Assembly: GCA_026025075.1 (NCBI GenBank)
Contig: JAPEUI010000037.1
Span: forward strand, 62,001-126,000
DNA length: 64,000 nucleotides
Source: Vezdaea acicularis
Lineage: Eukaryota
Direction of reading: 5' to 3'
Every line of letters starts with the position of its first letter. Positions within the stretch are counted from its first letter, which is position 1. Of this stretch, positions 46,831-59,600 are shown one piece after another. The translations under genes were made by a program, and so were the position numbers. A model generated the notes under the pieces. It saw only the letters and a program-made list of their open reading frames with translations, was not told where the DNA came from and ran no database searches.

Positions 46831-48568
46831 ATGTATCAACCAACTGGCTCGACTCTTCGAGGAAGCGTTGTTGCTATATGTGGCACGGCTTTTGTTGTAA
46901 GGTTTCTCTTAAGGGCTTGACATGGGGTCTCGAGTACTTACAATTTCCTCTAGCTGGTCGGATATGACCAAGGACTCATTGGAGGTGTTAACACTCTTCC
47001 ATCTTTTCGTGCTCAGTTCAAGCAGCCTGACGCAAACCTTGACGGTATCATTGCATCAATATACGATATTGGCTGCGTCGTCGGATCGATATTTGCTTTT
47101 CTGCTGGCGGACAAGCTGGGATGCAAGCGCAGTATTGCCTATGGTTCCGCCACGGTGCTATTTGGAACCGTCTTACAAACGTCCGCGTCCGAAAGGATTC
47201 AATTGATCACCTCTCGGGTGATCACCGGTATTGGGAATGGATTCACGACATGTGTGGTTCCTGTATGGCAAGCCGAAACCCTTAAGAGTGATAACAGAGG
47301 TGTATGTGGCCTCTAGTATTCTCCAGCTCCTGATGCTGACCATCCAAGGCTCTTCTTATCATCCAAAGTGCTTCCCTCGCCTTCGGCCAACCTTTGAACG
47401 CATGGCTGGCACTCGTTTGCAGCTCCGTCAAGTCTTCATTCTCATGGCGATTCCCGATTGCTTTCCAAGGCGTCATGTCTATCATGGTTCTTTCTGGCCT
47501 TCCTTTCGTGACAGAGTCTCCGAGATGGCTTATTTCGAAGGACCGCTTTGTCGAAGCGACCAAAGTCATCGCGAGGCTTCGCGGGCATGGCGCATCGGTG
47601 TTTGATCCCGAAGTCATTGCTGATCGCGATTATATGGTCCGACTTGTCGACCAAGAACGCGCAGCTAGTAATGCATCTTGGACCGAGCTTTTCGCCGAAG
47701 GAAAGAAACGAAACCTGAGTAGGTTGTTGCTAGGAATCGGACCCTATCTGTTCAACCAAGTAAGTCTCCCGCTGGGACTACTGATACCACTCGACTGATC
47801 GTCCTTGTTCACAGTGGTCCGGAATAAACACATTAGCATATTTTCTGCCCGTCTCGTTTGAGAAGAACATCGGACTCTCACAGAGTCTAAGCCTCATCAT
47901 TTCCGGGGTTCTCGGCACCCAGTTTTTCCTTGCATCGATCATTCCATATTTCTTTATTGAGCGCGTTGGGCGGCGGAAACTCTTGATGTTGAGTTCTGGA
48001 GGCTGTTCCCTTTGCATGGCCACAATCTCGATCGCACTCGCAGTGAACACTAAGATAGTAAGCCCCCTCCCTCAAACATCACGTTTTACCCACTGAACCA
48101 TGCAACGGCTCTCGCATGGAACACTAACAACCACAACAGAGCCGAGGAGTCTTCGTTGCCTCCGCCTTCCTCTACTTCGACATATTCTCTTGGGGTATCC
48201 TGCCCGTGAGCTGGATGTACGCACCAGAAATCATGCCTCTTCAGGCACGCACCAGGGGCGTCGCCCTAGCCGTGGCCCTGCACTGGCTGTCAAACTTTGC
48301 GGTCGTGTACATCACGCCGATGGCCATCAACAGCCTAGGCCTCAAGCTCTACATCATCTGGGCCGGCACATGCGCGAGCTTCGTCCCGATCGTTTACCTG
48401 TTCTACCCGGAGACCGCAGGCAGAACGCTAGAAGAAGTGGACGACATCTTCGCGTCGGAAAAGTTCGGCATCACGAAGACAAGGAGTCCCTTGCTCGACA
48501 AAGTGCCGGATCTGGAAGTCTGCAAGCATTGTGGGCACCATATCGCGCGCTCGATTCTCAGCGGGTGA
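46831..48568 (+). CDS. MFS sugar porter family transporter (STL1-like), about 5 exons
   Basis: MYQPTG..CGTAFV/LVGYDQG, ADKLGCKR, RVITGIGNG..VPVWQAE, SWRFPIAFQ, ESPRWL, IERVGRRKL, WMYAPEI.PL..R, YPETAGRTLEE. Confidence 0.9.
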
Positions 48569-49447
48569 GGGCATTTACGGGGGTTTGTGGTCATAAGACA
48601 TAGACGCTACGAATGCGCTACTCGTTCACAATACTCGAGTTGGGTGTCGATTTCAAAAAATCAACTTGGTAAGGTCTCTTAGGAGGCTCTTTCTTTGTTA
48701 TGGAATACCTTGGGTATATAGATTAGCATAGATGGTTCGGAGTCACGAATGAACTGCTTCTCATTACATTTCCCTATCACATGCTGTGTGCGAAGTGGTA
48801 GTTAGTTGAGATATACGGTCTGGACTGGACGGATCGGATCGAACGACCAAGTTGCGCTCTAGTGACATGAAGAAGGAGCCCATGGACGAATCGAGGGGAC
48901 TGGGTGAATAGCAAACGCTCCACGTGCATTTGTAGCAAAATGAAGTAGTACGGAGGGAGAAAGGGCGCGGGTATCGCAGTGAGGCATGAGAGAGGGGGAA
49001 AGGTAGATAGAATGAAGTGATTCAGAGTTCTTCTACGCTAGCTAATGCAATACACTCTCCTCCTCTGCTCTCCCCAAATTCTCGCTCCAAAGGGGACAGG
49101 GCCTCCACATCATCCTTCCCAATTTTAATCTAGCTTCTAGTAGAAATACTAGTAGTGCTGGCCACCACCAAGAAAAAGGAAGAAATATAGTAGAGCACGG
49201 GCAATCACACAAGCAAGAAATACAAATCAGTCTTTCCGGCCCCTATGAAAAACCTCTGCTTAGTCTACTTGCCCATGGCTTTCGCTCTCTCTATCTCTCT
49301 CTCTCTATCTTCGAGGCATACTAAAGCGACAGACTAAGTTTTTATCGACAGGTGGAAAATCGACAGGTGGAAACGCCGCCATTGAAAAAGATCGGGCCCA
49401 TTTTCAGTCGGATCGTACGAAATACAGCGTATGTGATAGAAAGCGCT

Positions 49448-52400
49448 CTAGAAGTGCGCGACGGCGATAGCGATGGCCTGCGCGTCGCTGTGGCTGATGC
49501 TGACTTGGACTGATTTGACGCCAGCTTGCTTCGCGGCGGAGGCAGCATCACCGTGGAGCTAAGAGCAAAGTCAGCTACATTCAAATCCCGACACATTTGG
49601 GATCAACTTACGTGGACCTCAGGTGCGCCCTTCTCGTTGCTCAAGATCTCTATATCCTTCAAGGCAGCCCCAGCGCCCTTACTCGAGACATTCAATGATT
49701 TGAAGACGGCCTCTTTAGCAGACCAACGACCAGCAAAGGAAGCTTGGGCCGAGGGTGCCTTGCGGCAGTACGCCTGCTCGTTGCTCGTGAAGTTTCGCTC
49801 GATGAAGGTTTCGTTTGAGATGTTAATCGCGTCGATGCTCTCCACGTCCACACCAACCTTGGAGTCGCCTGTGGATGTGGCTGCGACGAGCGACTCAACC
49901 ATCTGTCGGGTCTGGTCGGTCTTCGACTTGTTGATCTTGGCGGGCGTGGAGCTGTATGCCAGCGCCGATGACTTCTTGTCGACTGAGACACGGGCATCGG
50001 GGTTAAGGAAGACTTTGGCTTCTAGCTCGTCGGCGTACGGCGAGTGAGTCTTAGCGACGAACATCGTGTTGGTGATGAGGCCGTTGTGGAAGTAGCGATA
50101 GGCCCGCTTCTGGCGAGCCTCGACTTTAGTACAGTATTTGCTGTATGTGGCTTCGTCAAGAGTGGCAAAGAGATACTTGGGATGAATGCCAATAGCTTGG
50201 GCGCCCTTCTGGCCGAAACCGAAGGATGTGACCGAGAATGCCTTGACCCCATCGGTCTGTATGCTCCGGCTTGGGTAGACAATGTAGTCGAACTTCTCCA
50301 TATTCTTGTCCACGTTGTCCGCATTTCGATTGCCAGGGACCAAGCCTGAGTTCAGTACCTGTAGACATCCGTTGAACATCCATGCACCTGCAGCACCCTT
50401 TGGATGGCCAGTGAGATACTTCTGGAATATGCCGAGAAGCGCGTTCCCCTTTTTCCGACCGAGATGCTTCATTTGCTGGCAGATGACATCTGACTCGTTC
50501 TTGTCATTGGCGACAGTGGATGTGCCGTGGAAGGATGCGACTCCTAGATCGTCGATAGTAAGACCCCACGTAGCGAGAGCTCCACGAAGAGGAGCAATGC
50601 GTGGATCCTTCTTCCAGAAGCTATTACCCAAGCTATCCATTGCCTCTCGCTCTTGACGGTGAGCTTCGCGCTCAATATGTTCTGCACGCTCATCGAGGTA
50701 CTCTGCCTCGCTGAACTCACCACCTTGGGATTTCATGGCAGCGAGCTCTTCCTGCAGATACATAAGCTCGGACTCTTGCCATTGCTTGATCTGCTTCTTG
50801 CGAAGCTCGAGCTGTCTCTTTCTATACTTGATGTCTAGCAGGGGTGAGGGGAATTTCGATGGGTTTTCGCGCGCCGTGGTAAGGACACCCTGCCCAGGAG
50901 CGGGTACGGATCTCCCAATCTTGTCCGTCGCAGTAGCTGTCATGCCAAGAATACCATAGATAGGTACGCCCATGTCCAGAGCAAGCTGAGCAGTCATAAT
51001 GACCTGCATACCGCAGCCTTGCGATTCCATGAAGCCGTTACGAGTCGTGGTTGTAGGTCGAGACATCTCTGCAGGTGTTCTTCCGTGAGCGAACTCGTCC
51101 TCAGCATTGCTGGTAGCCTTCATGTTGGCGAATTCGTACGATCCTTCTTCTTGGAAATCGTCGAAACCGCCGACAAGACAAACACGAGCTTTGCCTTCCA
51201 GAATCGTCTCGTACCCAATATCAATAGATTCAACAGCTGTCGCGCAGGCGCCGACAGGAGTCTTAATCGGCCCAGTAGAAGATAACAGCAACATGTTAAC
51301 CCATGCGCTCATAGTGTTAATAAATGATTCCTGGAGAATGTCCTTCTGAAGCGGCTTGTCCAAGTAGCGGTCTTTGTACATTCCTCTCAGCGCGTGCGTG
51401 CCACCAATACCCGATCCAACGCAATTACCAACCTCAGAAATATGGACATATTTGTAGAACTCATAGGGGTCGGTAATACCGGAGGCCAGAAGAGATTCGA
51501 CTGTGCAGACAAGGACGAAGAGGGTGACTGGATCGACTTGAGATATTATGTCCTCTGGGATACCGTATTGGCGCGCGTTCCATCCAGTGGGGATTTGACC
51601 GGCAACGAGTCTGTCAAATTTGAGAGCCTTCGGGATCAGAAGGGTGGCGCCCTTCTTTAAGCGCACAGTGTATTCACCGGATTCGGGAATTTCGAAGATC
51701 TCCACCTTCTCACCATGCTCACGACGGAACTCTTCTGCGGTCTCTTTGGATGACTCGAATGGCTCGAGATCTTCTTCAATGACAACCTCCTGCAGAAGTT
51801 GCTTTTTGTTAGGATCATAGCCCTTGAACAACTCAGGCTCAATCAAGCGGATACCGGAATGCTGGAGGACGTATTTCTCATACTTCGGCTTGACGTCCTT
51901 GTCGTCGACCGGCTCACCAGTCTTCGCGTCAACCCAGCCGGAGTATTGCTTGCCCTTGATCGGTCCGTTGTGATTCTTGATAAGACCCATGATCCAGGCC
52001 ATTTCGACGCAACCTTCGAGAGAGAATTTGCCGTAGGCTTCCATCTCCCATCGAGTCCGTGAATTACCCCAAGGCCCAACTTCAGAAAAACCGGTCACTA
52101 CGACCACCTTCTGAAGATCGACCATTCCTTTGAGGTTCTCATTGAGAGGCCTGACCTCCTTCTTCCAGTCTGGAAGTTTAGGGAAATCAAACTTGAGATT
52201 GGCTCGTGGCTCGACAGTCACCTTCTTGTACAATTTTTCATGGTCCTCGCCATTGACGATCTTGTTCTCAATCGCAGTTTCCTTCGTCACGGCCTTTCGC
52301 ACCTCGCTAGTCTCGACGATTTCTTTCCGCAACTCCACCATTGCCTCATTAAGATTAGGGATGAACTGGAAGCCACCGTTGAGATCAGCATACACTGGCT

Positions 52401-55141
52401 CGATCTGGCAAAGGTTGACAATAGTAGGCCCCATAAGCCCAAGGATGTTGAACGCCATCTCTTGTTGAGAAAATGTCCGAACACCGAGCTTTTCCACGCC
52501 CTCGGCGATGACATTATTGCCGCTCATCAAACCGGTACCACGTGTCCAGCCAATGACGGCACCACAAATTGTGAGGAAATTACCCCAGCTCTCGGAATGC
52601 CATCGTTGGAATAAAGTCTCAAGGGCTAATTTGGACTCAGAATAGAGGCCGTCATTCCCGAAAGTACCGTGATTAGGCGATAGCGGAAGGACCACTTGAG
52701 CTGGTCGAGTTTCGTATCCGCGCTGCTGCTTCTGGACCTTGACACATCCCAGAAGGCGGAGTAAGTTGGTAAGCATTATTCTGTGAGCAAGCTCTGACTT
52801 GGAGTCAATGCTGTCGATCTCGCGCCCATTCTCGGGGATGGCAGCGAATGGAACAACGTAGTCAAGATCCCAACCGAGACCCTTCTTCGTATCGTAGACG
52901 TATTCAACCAAAGCCTCGACATCTTGCTTACTGCCTTGGTTGAACGGTACCACAACGAGTTGAGATCCACGAGAACCATAGCGAGCATACATAGCCTGGT
53001 AGTATTCCGTAACCTCGCGAGAGAATCTGCTCGTGGTGACAACCACCTTCGCACCACCACTGATCAGGCCTTGTAGCACGTCAGCACCGATTGAACCAGC
53101 ACCAGCGCCAGTCATCAGTGCGTTCTTGCCCTGAAAAGTGACGCCGGACTTGGCGGCTTGTTCTAAGCCATCGAGGTATTGGCCGGTGAGCTTCTTGCTG
53201 TACTCCCAACCATGCTCTTCTTTCCTCTTGAGATGAAGGAAAGGAATGGTCTCGACCTTTCCGGACTTGATGGCGTGTCCGTTCATTTGATGTGATCCAT
53301 TCCTGCCACCCTTCTTGGGCTTTCCGTTTTCAAGCGGCATGATCTGCCCTTCGTTCATGGCCAAAGACCTGATGATGTTGCTATACAACGTCTTAATTTG
53401 GAGATGCGAAGACTTTGATAACTTGTGTTGCTGGCGAATGAGCTTGTAGACACGGCTGAGATCATTCTGTACTTTGGTACGATTACCATACTCGGTAATC
53501 TTGCCGCCTTCCGCCATCTCTCGGACATAGTGCTCGAGTTTTCGAACGCTGGGTCGGGGAATTTCGGCATACTCCATATTGCCACGAGCGTCAACATTGG
53601 TGTGGGGACCAGTTGGAATGGCGACATCCTTATACACCGGGGCCTCATTGAGAACATCCTTGCAGTTCTCGATGAGTTGTTCGCCGAGCTGCTTCGCCAG
53701 TTGGTACGTCTCGCCGCGCTCTGTCGGGCAGTTGTCAATGTGATATTGCATGAAGTCGAGTAGAAGAGGGTTTGAACGGTTCATAATGCGAATGCATTGG
53801 CTGACAATCTCACGATCCACAGCCTTTAGTCTTCCAAAGATAATGTCATAGTACATGTGGAGGGCATCCTGTCGTGCCCAGTTCCACGACGAATCATACA
53901 CGCGTGCTTTTAACTGGCTGAAAGTAGGCTCAATCCCGTTTGCATAGAATTCGCCATGTTCAACGTTCCAAAGATCCAGCTGAGCCTGTAGGGTCTTCTG
54001 GGTCTCTTGGGATCCAACAAAAGCCTTGTCGCCGGCCCTTAAATCCATTTTCAGATATCTCGCAAATAATTCGAGCTGTTGTTTGAAAAGGGCTCTCTGG
54101 TCCTTTGTCAAGGCGTCGATCGCAGCTGGGTCCATCATCATCCCACCACCGCCAGCACCACCGTCACCGCCTGCAGCAGGGGCGGACAGGTTGACTCCAG
54201 CATTGGCAGCATACTTCTGTGAGACATCGTCCAAGAATGCTTTGGCATCATTCTCTGATCCTAGACGAGAAGGTGGCTCCATGGTGAGTGCTAAGAGCAA
54301 GACGCCATCCTGGCGACCTGACCCTAGACCCCACCTCGACTCTAGGTATTTCCGGACAGCAGTGATATTGAAACCACCCGGCATCTTTGATGAAACTAGG
54401 CGGGCCACTAAGGAGGAGGATTGTTTTCCAAGTTGGCCGTTGAAAGTAGCTTGCATTGCAGCGCCTAACTCGTCTAGCGGGGTATCTTCAGGCTTCTCCG
54501 GCGTCGAGCCGAACTCCTTTCCTAGATCGCCGAGAATCTCGTTCTGGAGCGTGGATTTGCCTGAAATGGGTTAATGATAGGGTTCTATATGTGGAACTTC
54601 AAAACTCACCTCCGACGAGATCTTTGATTGCTTTGCTCAATGGAATATCCGCGAAGGGTTTTTTCAGCTTCTGTGCAATCAAAGACCTGACGATATCGAC
54701 AGCAGATACTGGTACGTCTGCTACTTGTGCCGCAGGACCAGCATTTGGAGGTGGGGGAGCGGCCGCCGCGGGGGCAGCCGCTGCTACGGGAGCAGAAGAG
54801 GACGCAGCCGGTCCAGCGCTTGCATTTCCATCTGCGGCCGGAGCTGGTTCGTCTTCCACCGGATCAACATCGTAATAGATCTCCTTCGCATCCTTGTTGT
54901 AGCAGAGAATCTGCCGTTGCACCGAGAGAGCGGCATCGTATGCTTCGTACTTGGCGGCGAGTGTCCGCTTGGCCATGACGCCCAAGGTATCCGCGGGGCC
55001 GATCTCGACGATCCGCTCCGTGACCTTGTCGGCCAAGATCACATCTTGAGTTTCAATCCATCTCACCGGCGAGGCGAATTGGTATGCCAACAGCTCGACA
55101 AGGAGCGTATGGGCGAGCTCTTGCTCGACTTCGGGACGCAT
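49448..55141 (-). CDS. FAS2: Fatty acid synthase subunit alpha (ACP, KR, KS, PPTase), 3 exons
   Basis: [61 protein letters not shown] / HGTST / [23 protein letters not shown]. Introns at about 54563-54609 and 49559-49610. Confidence 0.98.
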
Positions 55142-56654
55142 GGCGCTAGTCCGTTTAACGTCCAAAGACGAGCACCGGATACGGGTTTAATGCTCTTTAT
55201 TCGGAGAAGAACTGAGCATTGGCGTTGTAAGATGTAAGAGGAGTCGTTTCGATAGTCCTGAATGTTCTGGAACTGTCGGATCCAATTGGGCAGTAGAGAA
55301 GGTGTTCGGCGGTGTTGTGTGTGAGGGTCACGGTGATGTTGTTGAGGGAGCTCCTTGAAGCGAGGTCAGGAAATGCAATTTCGCTCAGGGCCTACGATGT
55401 TCACTAATAGCAGAGAAGTGAAGGAGAGAGAAGAGGATGAGGGCAGCACACAAGCAGCAAGAGTGGCGGAGGTTTGAGGACACAATGGGGGAGCAGGAGG
55501 AGGATTGAGTCGGGCGGGCCGATGGTGTTGAGAGCAGAGACGTTGGACCGGACCAAAGCACGGCGAGTCCACCGGCTCCAGCAAGCTCTCACGCTCTCTC
55601 GCACGCTCACGCTCTCCGCCTTTTTTCTTGGATGGTGACGGCAGAACTCGCTCCCAGGGCCCGGCCGGCTGTTGCAGGGGTCGTGCGCTTCACAATTCCG
55701 TTGATGCGCTAACGCCGAACCCGGCAAGTTGGGGGGGCTTGGGGGGGCTCCAACGTCGCCGCCTGCGCGGTGGGTGTGTTGCCGTGCCCCGACCCCAGCC
55801 CCATGCCCTCGCTTGTCGTGTGGCCTCTGCTGAACATTCACACTCGCCTGTGGCTTCTCCGCCGCGCCGAAGCGACCGAGTGGGGAATATATGGAGAAAA
55901 GACGGTGGATGAAATCGGGTCAATTGAACTCAATGCCCGTGATTCCACCGTTCAAAGACTGCGAGTCAGATATGATTCTATCAGCTGCGATTTTCAGTCT
56001 TTTTCCTGCTAGTTCCGAGGAAGACCATCGATCCACTCCGCAGTTGACCCTCTTGCCTGTGTTTTGCACTCATCGTTGGGGAAACATTTTTTTTATGTCG
56101 AGAAACCCAATGTTCCGCCACATCGCTTTGCACTGAGATCAGCCGCAAACTACACCAAGAAGATAGATGTTGGAGACAATCGTGTTAGACTTCTTCTCGC
56201 CACGCTGTTATCATCGAGCCCTACACCGAGAGGGTGTCGTGCATGCTGCGTGCAGTCCGGCCGCGTTCCCAACGTTTCGTGGACCCCGGACGGCTGTCGG
56301 TGCCACGGCCTGCCGTTGCCTGCCTTCGCCTGCCTTCGCCTGCCATCGCCTCCCGCCAAGCAATTCCGCCGGTGCAGGGGTAGCTCCCGCCCAATTACGT
56401 CGCCTCCATCCTCAACACCACGAAAGCTGCCCCAAAGAAATTTGGTTGCCAGGACGGCGTCCCTTGCGATCTCTAAGCTACCCACTCAACCCACTCTACT
56501 CCGCCCGACCCACTCTTCTTCTTCCGCGCAAAGTTGGTCCATCTGAGGTGGATTGTCAGCTTCAATTGCAAAGCTTGCCTTTGCTAAAAGATTCACCAAT
56601 ATCCTCACCAACACTCATCCTCCTCTCTTCTCCCGGGAACGCCTGCACTTCACG
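55142..56654. promoter_or_regulatory. Bidirectional FAS2/FAS1 promoter region
   Basis: Head-to-head start codons 1.5 kb apart. GC-rich cores flank both sides, with CT-rich stretches toward each gene. Confidence 0.7.
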
Positions 56655-59600
56655 ATGTACGGCACCAACCCTCAGACGGGCATCTCGACACCTCGATCGT
56701 CTTCCTCTCTACGACCCCTCATCCTCACACATGGCTCCCTGGAGCATTCCTTCTTGATACCGACCTCCCTTCATTTCCATGCCTCCCAACTAAGGGATCG
56801 GTTTCTCTCATCACTGCCCGCGCCAACTGACGAGCTCGCGCAAGATGACGAGCCCTCATCAGTGGCCGAGCTCGTCGCTCGGTACATGCTCTTCGTCTCA
56901 CAGCAAGTCGACGAGGGCGAAGATGATGTGGGCGGCTCCTACGACGAAGTCTTGAAGCTTGTTATTACCGAATTCGAGAGGGCCTTCTTGCGTGGCAATG
57001 AGGTGCACGCCATTGCCGCTACCCTACCTGGCATCGAACAGAAGAAACTCCTCACGGTCAAGGCTTATTATGCTGCTCGTGCATCATGTAATCGTGCGAT
57101 CAAGACGCATGAGTCGGCGTTATTCCGTGCTGCAGCCGATGGAGATGCGAAGATCTATGCTGTCTTCGGAGGCCAGGGCAACATTGAGGAATACTTCGAT
57201 GAGCTGAGAGAGGTATACAGCACATACCCTGCATTCGTTGAAGACTTCATCGCTTCTGCTGCTGAACTGCTTCAATCACTGTCACGAGACCCCAGGGCGG
57301 ATAAGCTCTACTCAAAAGGCCTCGATGTGATGAAATGGCTGCATGACCGCGACTCGCAGCCTGATACCGACTACCTAGTCTCGGCGCCCGTCAGCCTGCC
57401 ATTGATTGGCCTTGTACAGCTTGCACACTACAGCATCACCTGCAGAGTTCTCGGGATTACACCAGGACACCTGCGAGAGCGTTTCAGTGGAGCCACTGGC
57501 CACTCCCAGGGTGTTGTCACTGCAATGGCGATAGCAGCTGCAGACTCATGGGAGTCGTTCGAAAAAGTCGCAAAAGAAGCTTTAACTATACTCTTCTGGA
57601 TTGGGTCTCGGAGCCAGCAAACGTATCCCAGAACGTCGTTAGCGCCGACAGTGCTTCAAGACTCCGTCAACAATGGAGAAGGTGTCCCCACGCCTATGCT
57701 CAGCATCCGGGACCTGGGAAACGCAGCGGTTCAGGAACATGTCGATGCGACCAACCATCACTTGCCAGAAGATCGGCACATTGCGATTTCACTTATCAAT
57801 AGTGCTCGTAACGTCGTAGTCACGGGACCTCCCATCTCTTTGTACGGTCTCAACCTGAGGCTGAGGAAGGTCAAGGCCCCTACGGGACTCGACCAGACCC
57901 GGATCCCGTTCACACAACGAAAAGTAAGATTTGTAAACCGGTTCCTGCCAATCACCGCCCCATTCCACAGCAAATATTTGGCCGAAGCAACCAGGAACAT
58001 CGAAGAGGATTTGAAACACATCAAAGTCTCATCTAAAGAACTTGCGATACCTGTTTTCGATACCAACAGCGGTGAAGATCTCAGGAGTGAAGGCAGCAAT
58101 GACGTCGTACCAGCCCTTGTACGGATGATTACACATGATCCCGTCAACTGGGAGAAGGCCACTGTCTTCCCTTCAGCTACTCACGTCCTAGATTTCGGAC
58201 CAGGAGGTATCTCTGGGCTTGGTGTCCTCACCAATCGCAACAAGGAGGGCACTGGTGTGAGGGTTATCCTAGCAGGTGCTATGGACGGAACCAATGCGGA
58301 GGTCGGATACAAGCCAGAGCTTTTTGACCGTGATGAAGAGCACGCTGTCAAATATGCTGTCGACTGGGTCAAAGAGCACAGCCCTCGCCTTGTCAAAACA
58401 TCCGCTGGCCGTACCTTTGTTGATACAAAGATGAGCCGCCTCCTTGGTCTACCACCCGTCATGGTTGCGGGAATGACGCCCTGTACGGTCCCATGGGACT
58501 TCGTTGCCGCGACTATGAACGCCGGGTACCAAATCGAACTTGCTGGTGGTGGATACTATAATGCAAAGACGATGACGGAGGCACTAACGAAGATTGAGAA
58601 GGCGATCCCGCCCGGCCGTGGTATCACTGTAAACCTGATCTACGTCAATCCCCGTGCGATGGCATGGCAAGTGCCTTTGATCGGGCAATTACGTGCTGAG
58701 GGCATACCTATCGAGGGAATGACTATCGGTGCCGGTGTGCCCTCGATTGAGGTTGCCAACGAGTACATCGAGACTCTTGGAATCAAGCATATTGCTTTCA
58801 AGCCTGGTTCGGGAGATGCCATCCAGGCCGTCATTAATATTGCTAAAGCCAACCCAACCTTCCCCATCATCCTTCAGTGGACCGGTGGACGTGGAGGGGG
58901 CCATCATTCCTTCGAAGATTTTCATCAGCCCATACTCCAGATGTATGGCCGGATCCGAAGGTGCAGTAATATCGTTCTTGTCGCCGGCAGTGGTTTCGGT
59001 GGAGCTGAAGATACTTACCCATATATCACGGGTACGTGGTCAGCACGATTTGGCTATCCTCCCATGCCATTCGATGGCTGTCTCTTCGGTAGTCGGATGA
59101 TGACGGCTAAGGAGGCGTATACGAGTAAGAACGCGAAAAAGGCCATCGTAGAAGCCGAGGGGCTTGATGATAGCCAATGGGAAAGGACTTATAAAGGTGC
59201 GGCCGGCGGAGTCATCACTGTTCGCTCTGAGATGGGCGAGCCAATTCACAAGCTTGCCACTAGAGGTGTGAAGTTCTGGGCTGAGATGGATCAGAAGATC
59301 TTCAGTCTCGACAAGGCGAAGCGCGTGCCAGAGTTGAAGAAGCAGCGGGAATACATCATCAAGAAGCTGAATGACGACTTCCAGAAAGTGTGGTTTGGTA
59401 GGAACGCGGCAGGCGAGACGGTCGACCTAGAGGACATGACATATGCTGAAGTCGTCCGTCGCATGGTCGACCTTATGTACGTTAAGCACGAATCCCGCTG
59501 GATTGACAAATCCCTTGAAAAGCTCACCGGCGATTTCATCCGACGCGTTGAGGAACGATTCACCTCATCCTTGGACAAACCTTCTCTCCTGCAGAGCTAT

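Noticed and set aside
49344..49373. 15-bp tandem duplication ATCGACAGGTGGAAA x2 downstream of FAS2
   Set aside because: Two copies only, which fits simple slippage. There is no evidence of function or of a transposon footprint.
56553..56654. N-terminal extension of FAS1 from the TTG start in the ORF track, and of FAS2 from 55165
   Set aside because: These are non-ATG starts. The conserved N-termini begin at ATG 56655 (MYGT..) and ATG 55141 (MRPEVEQ..).
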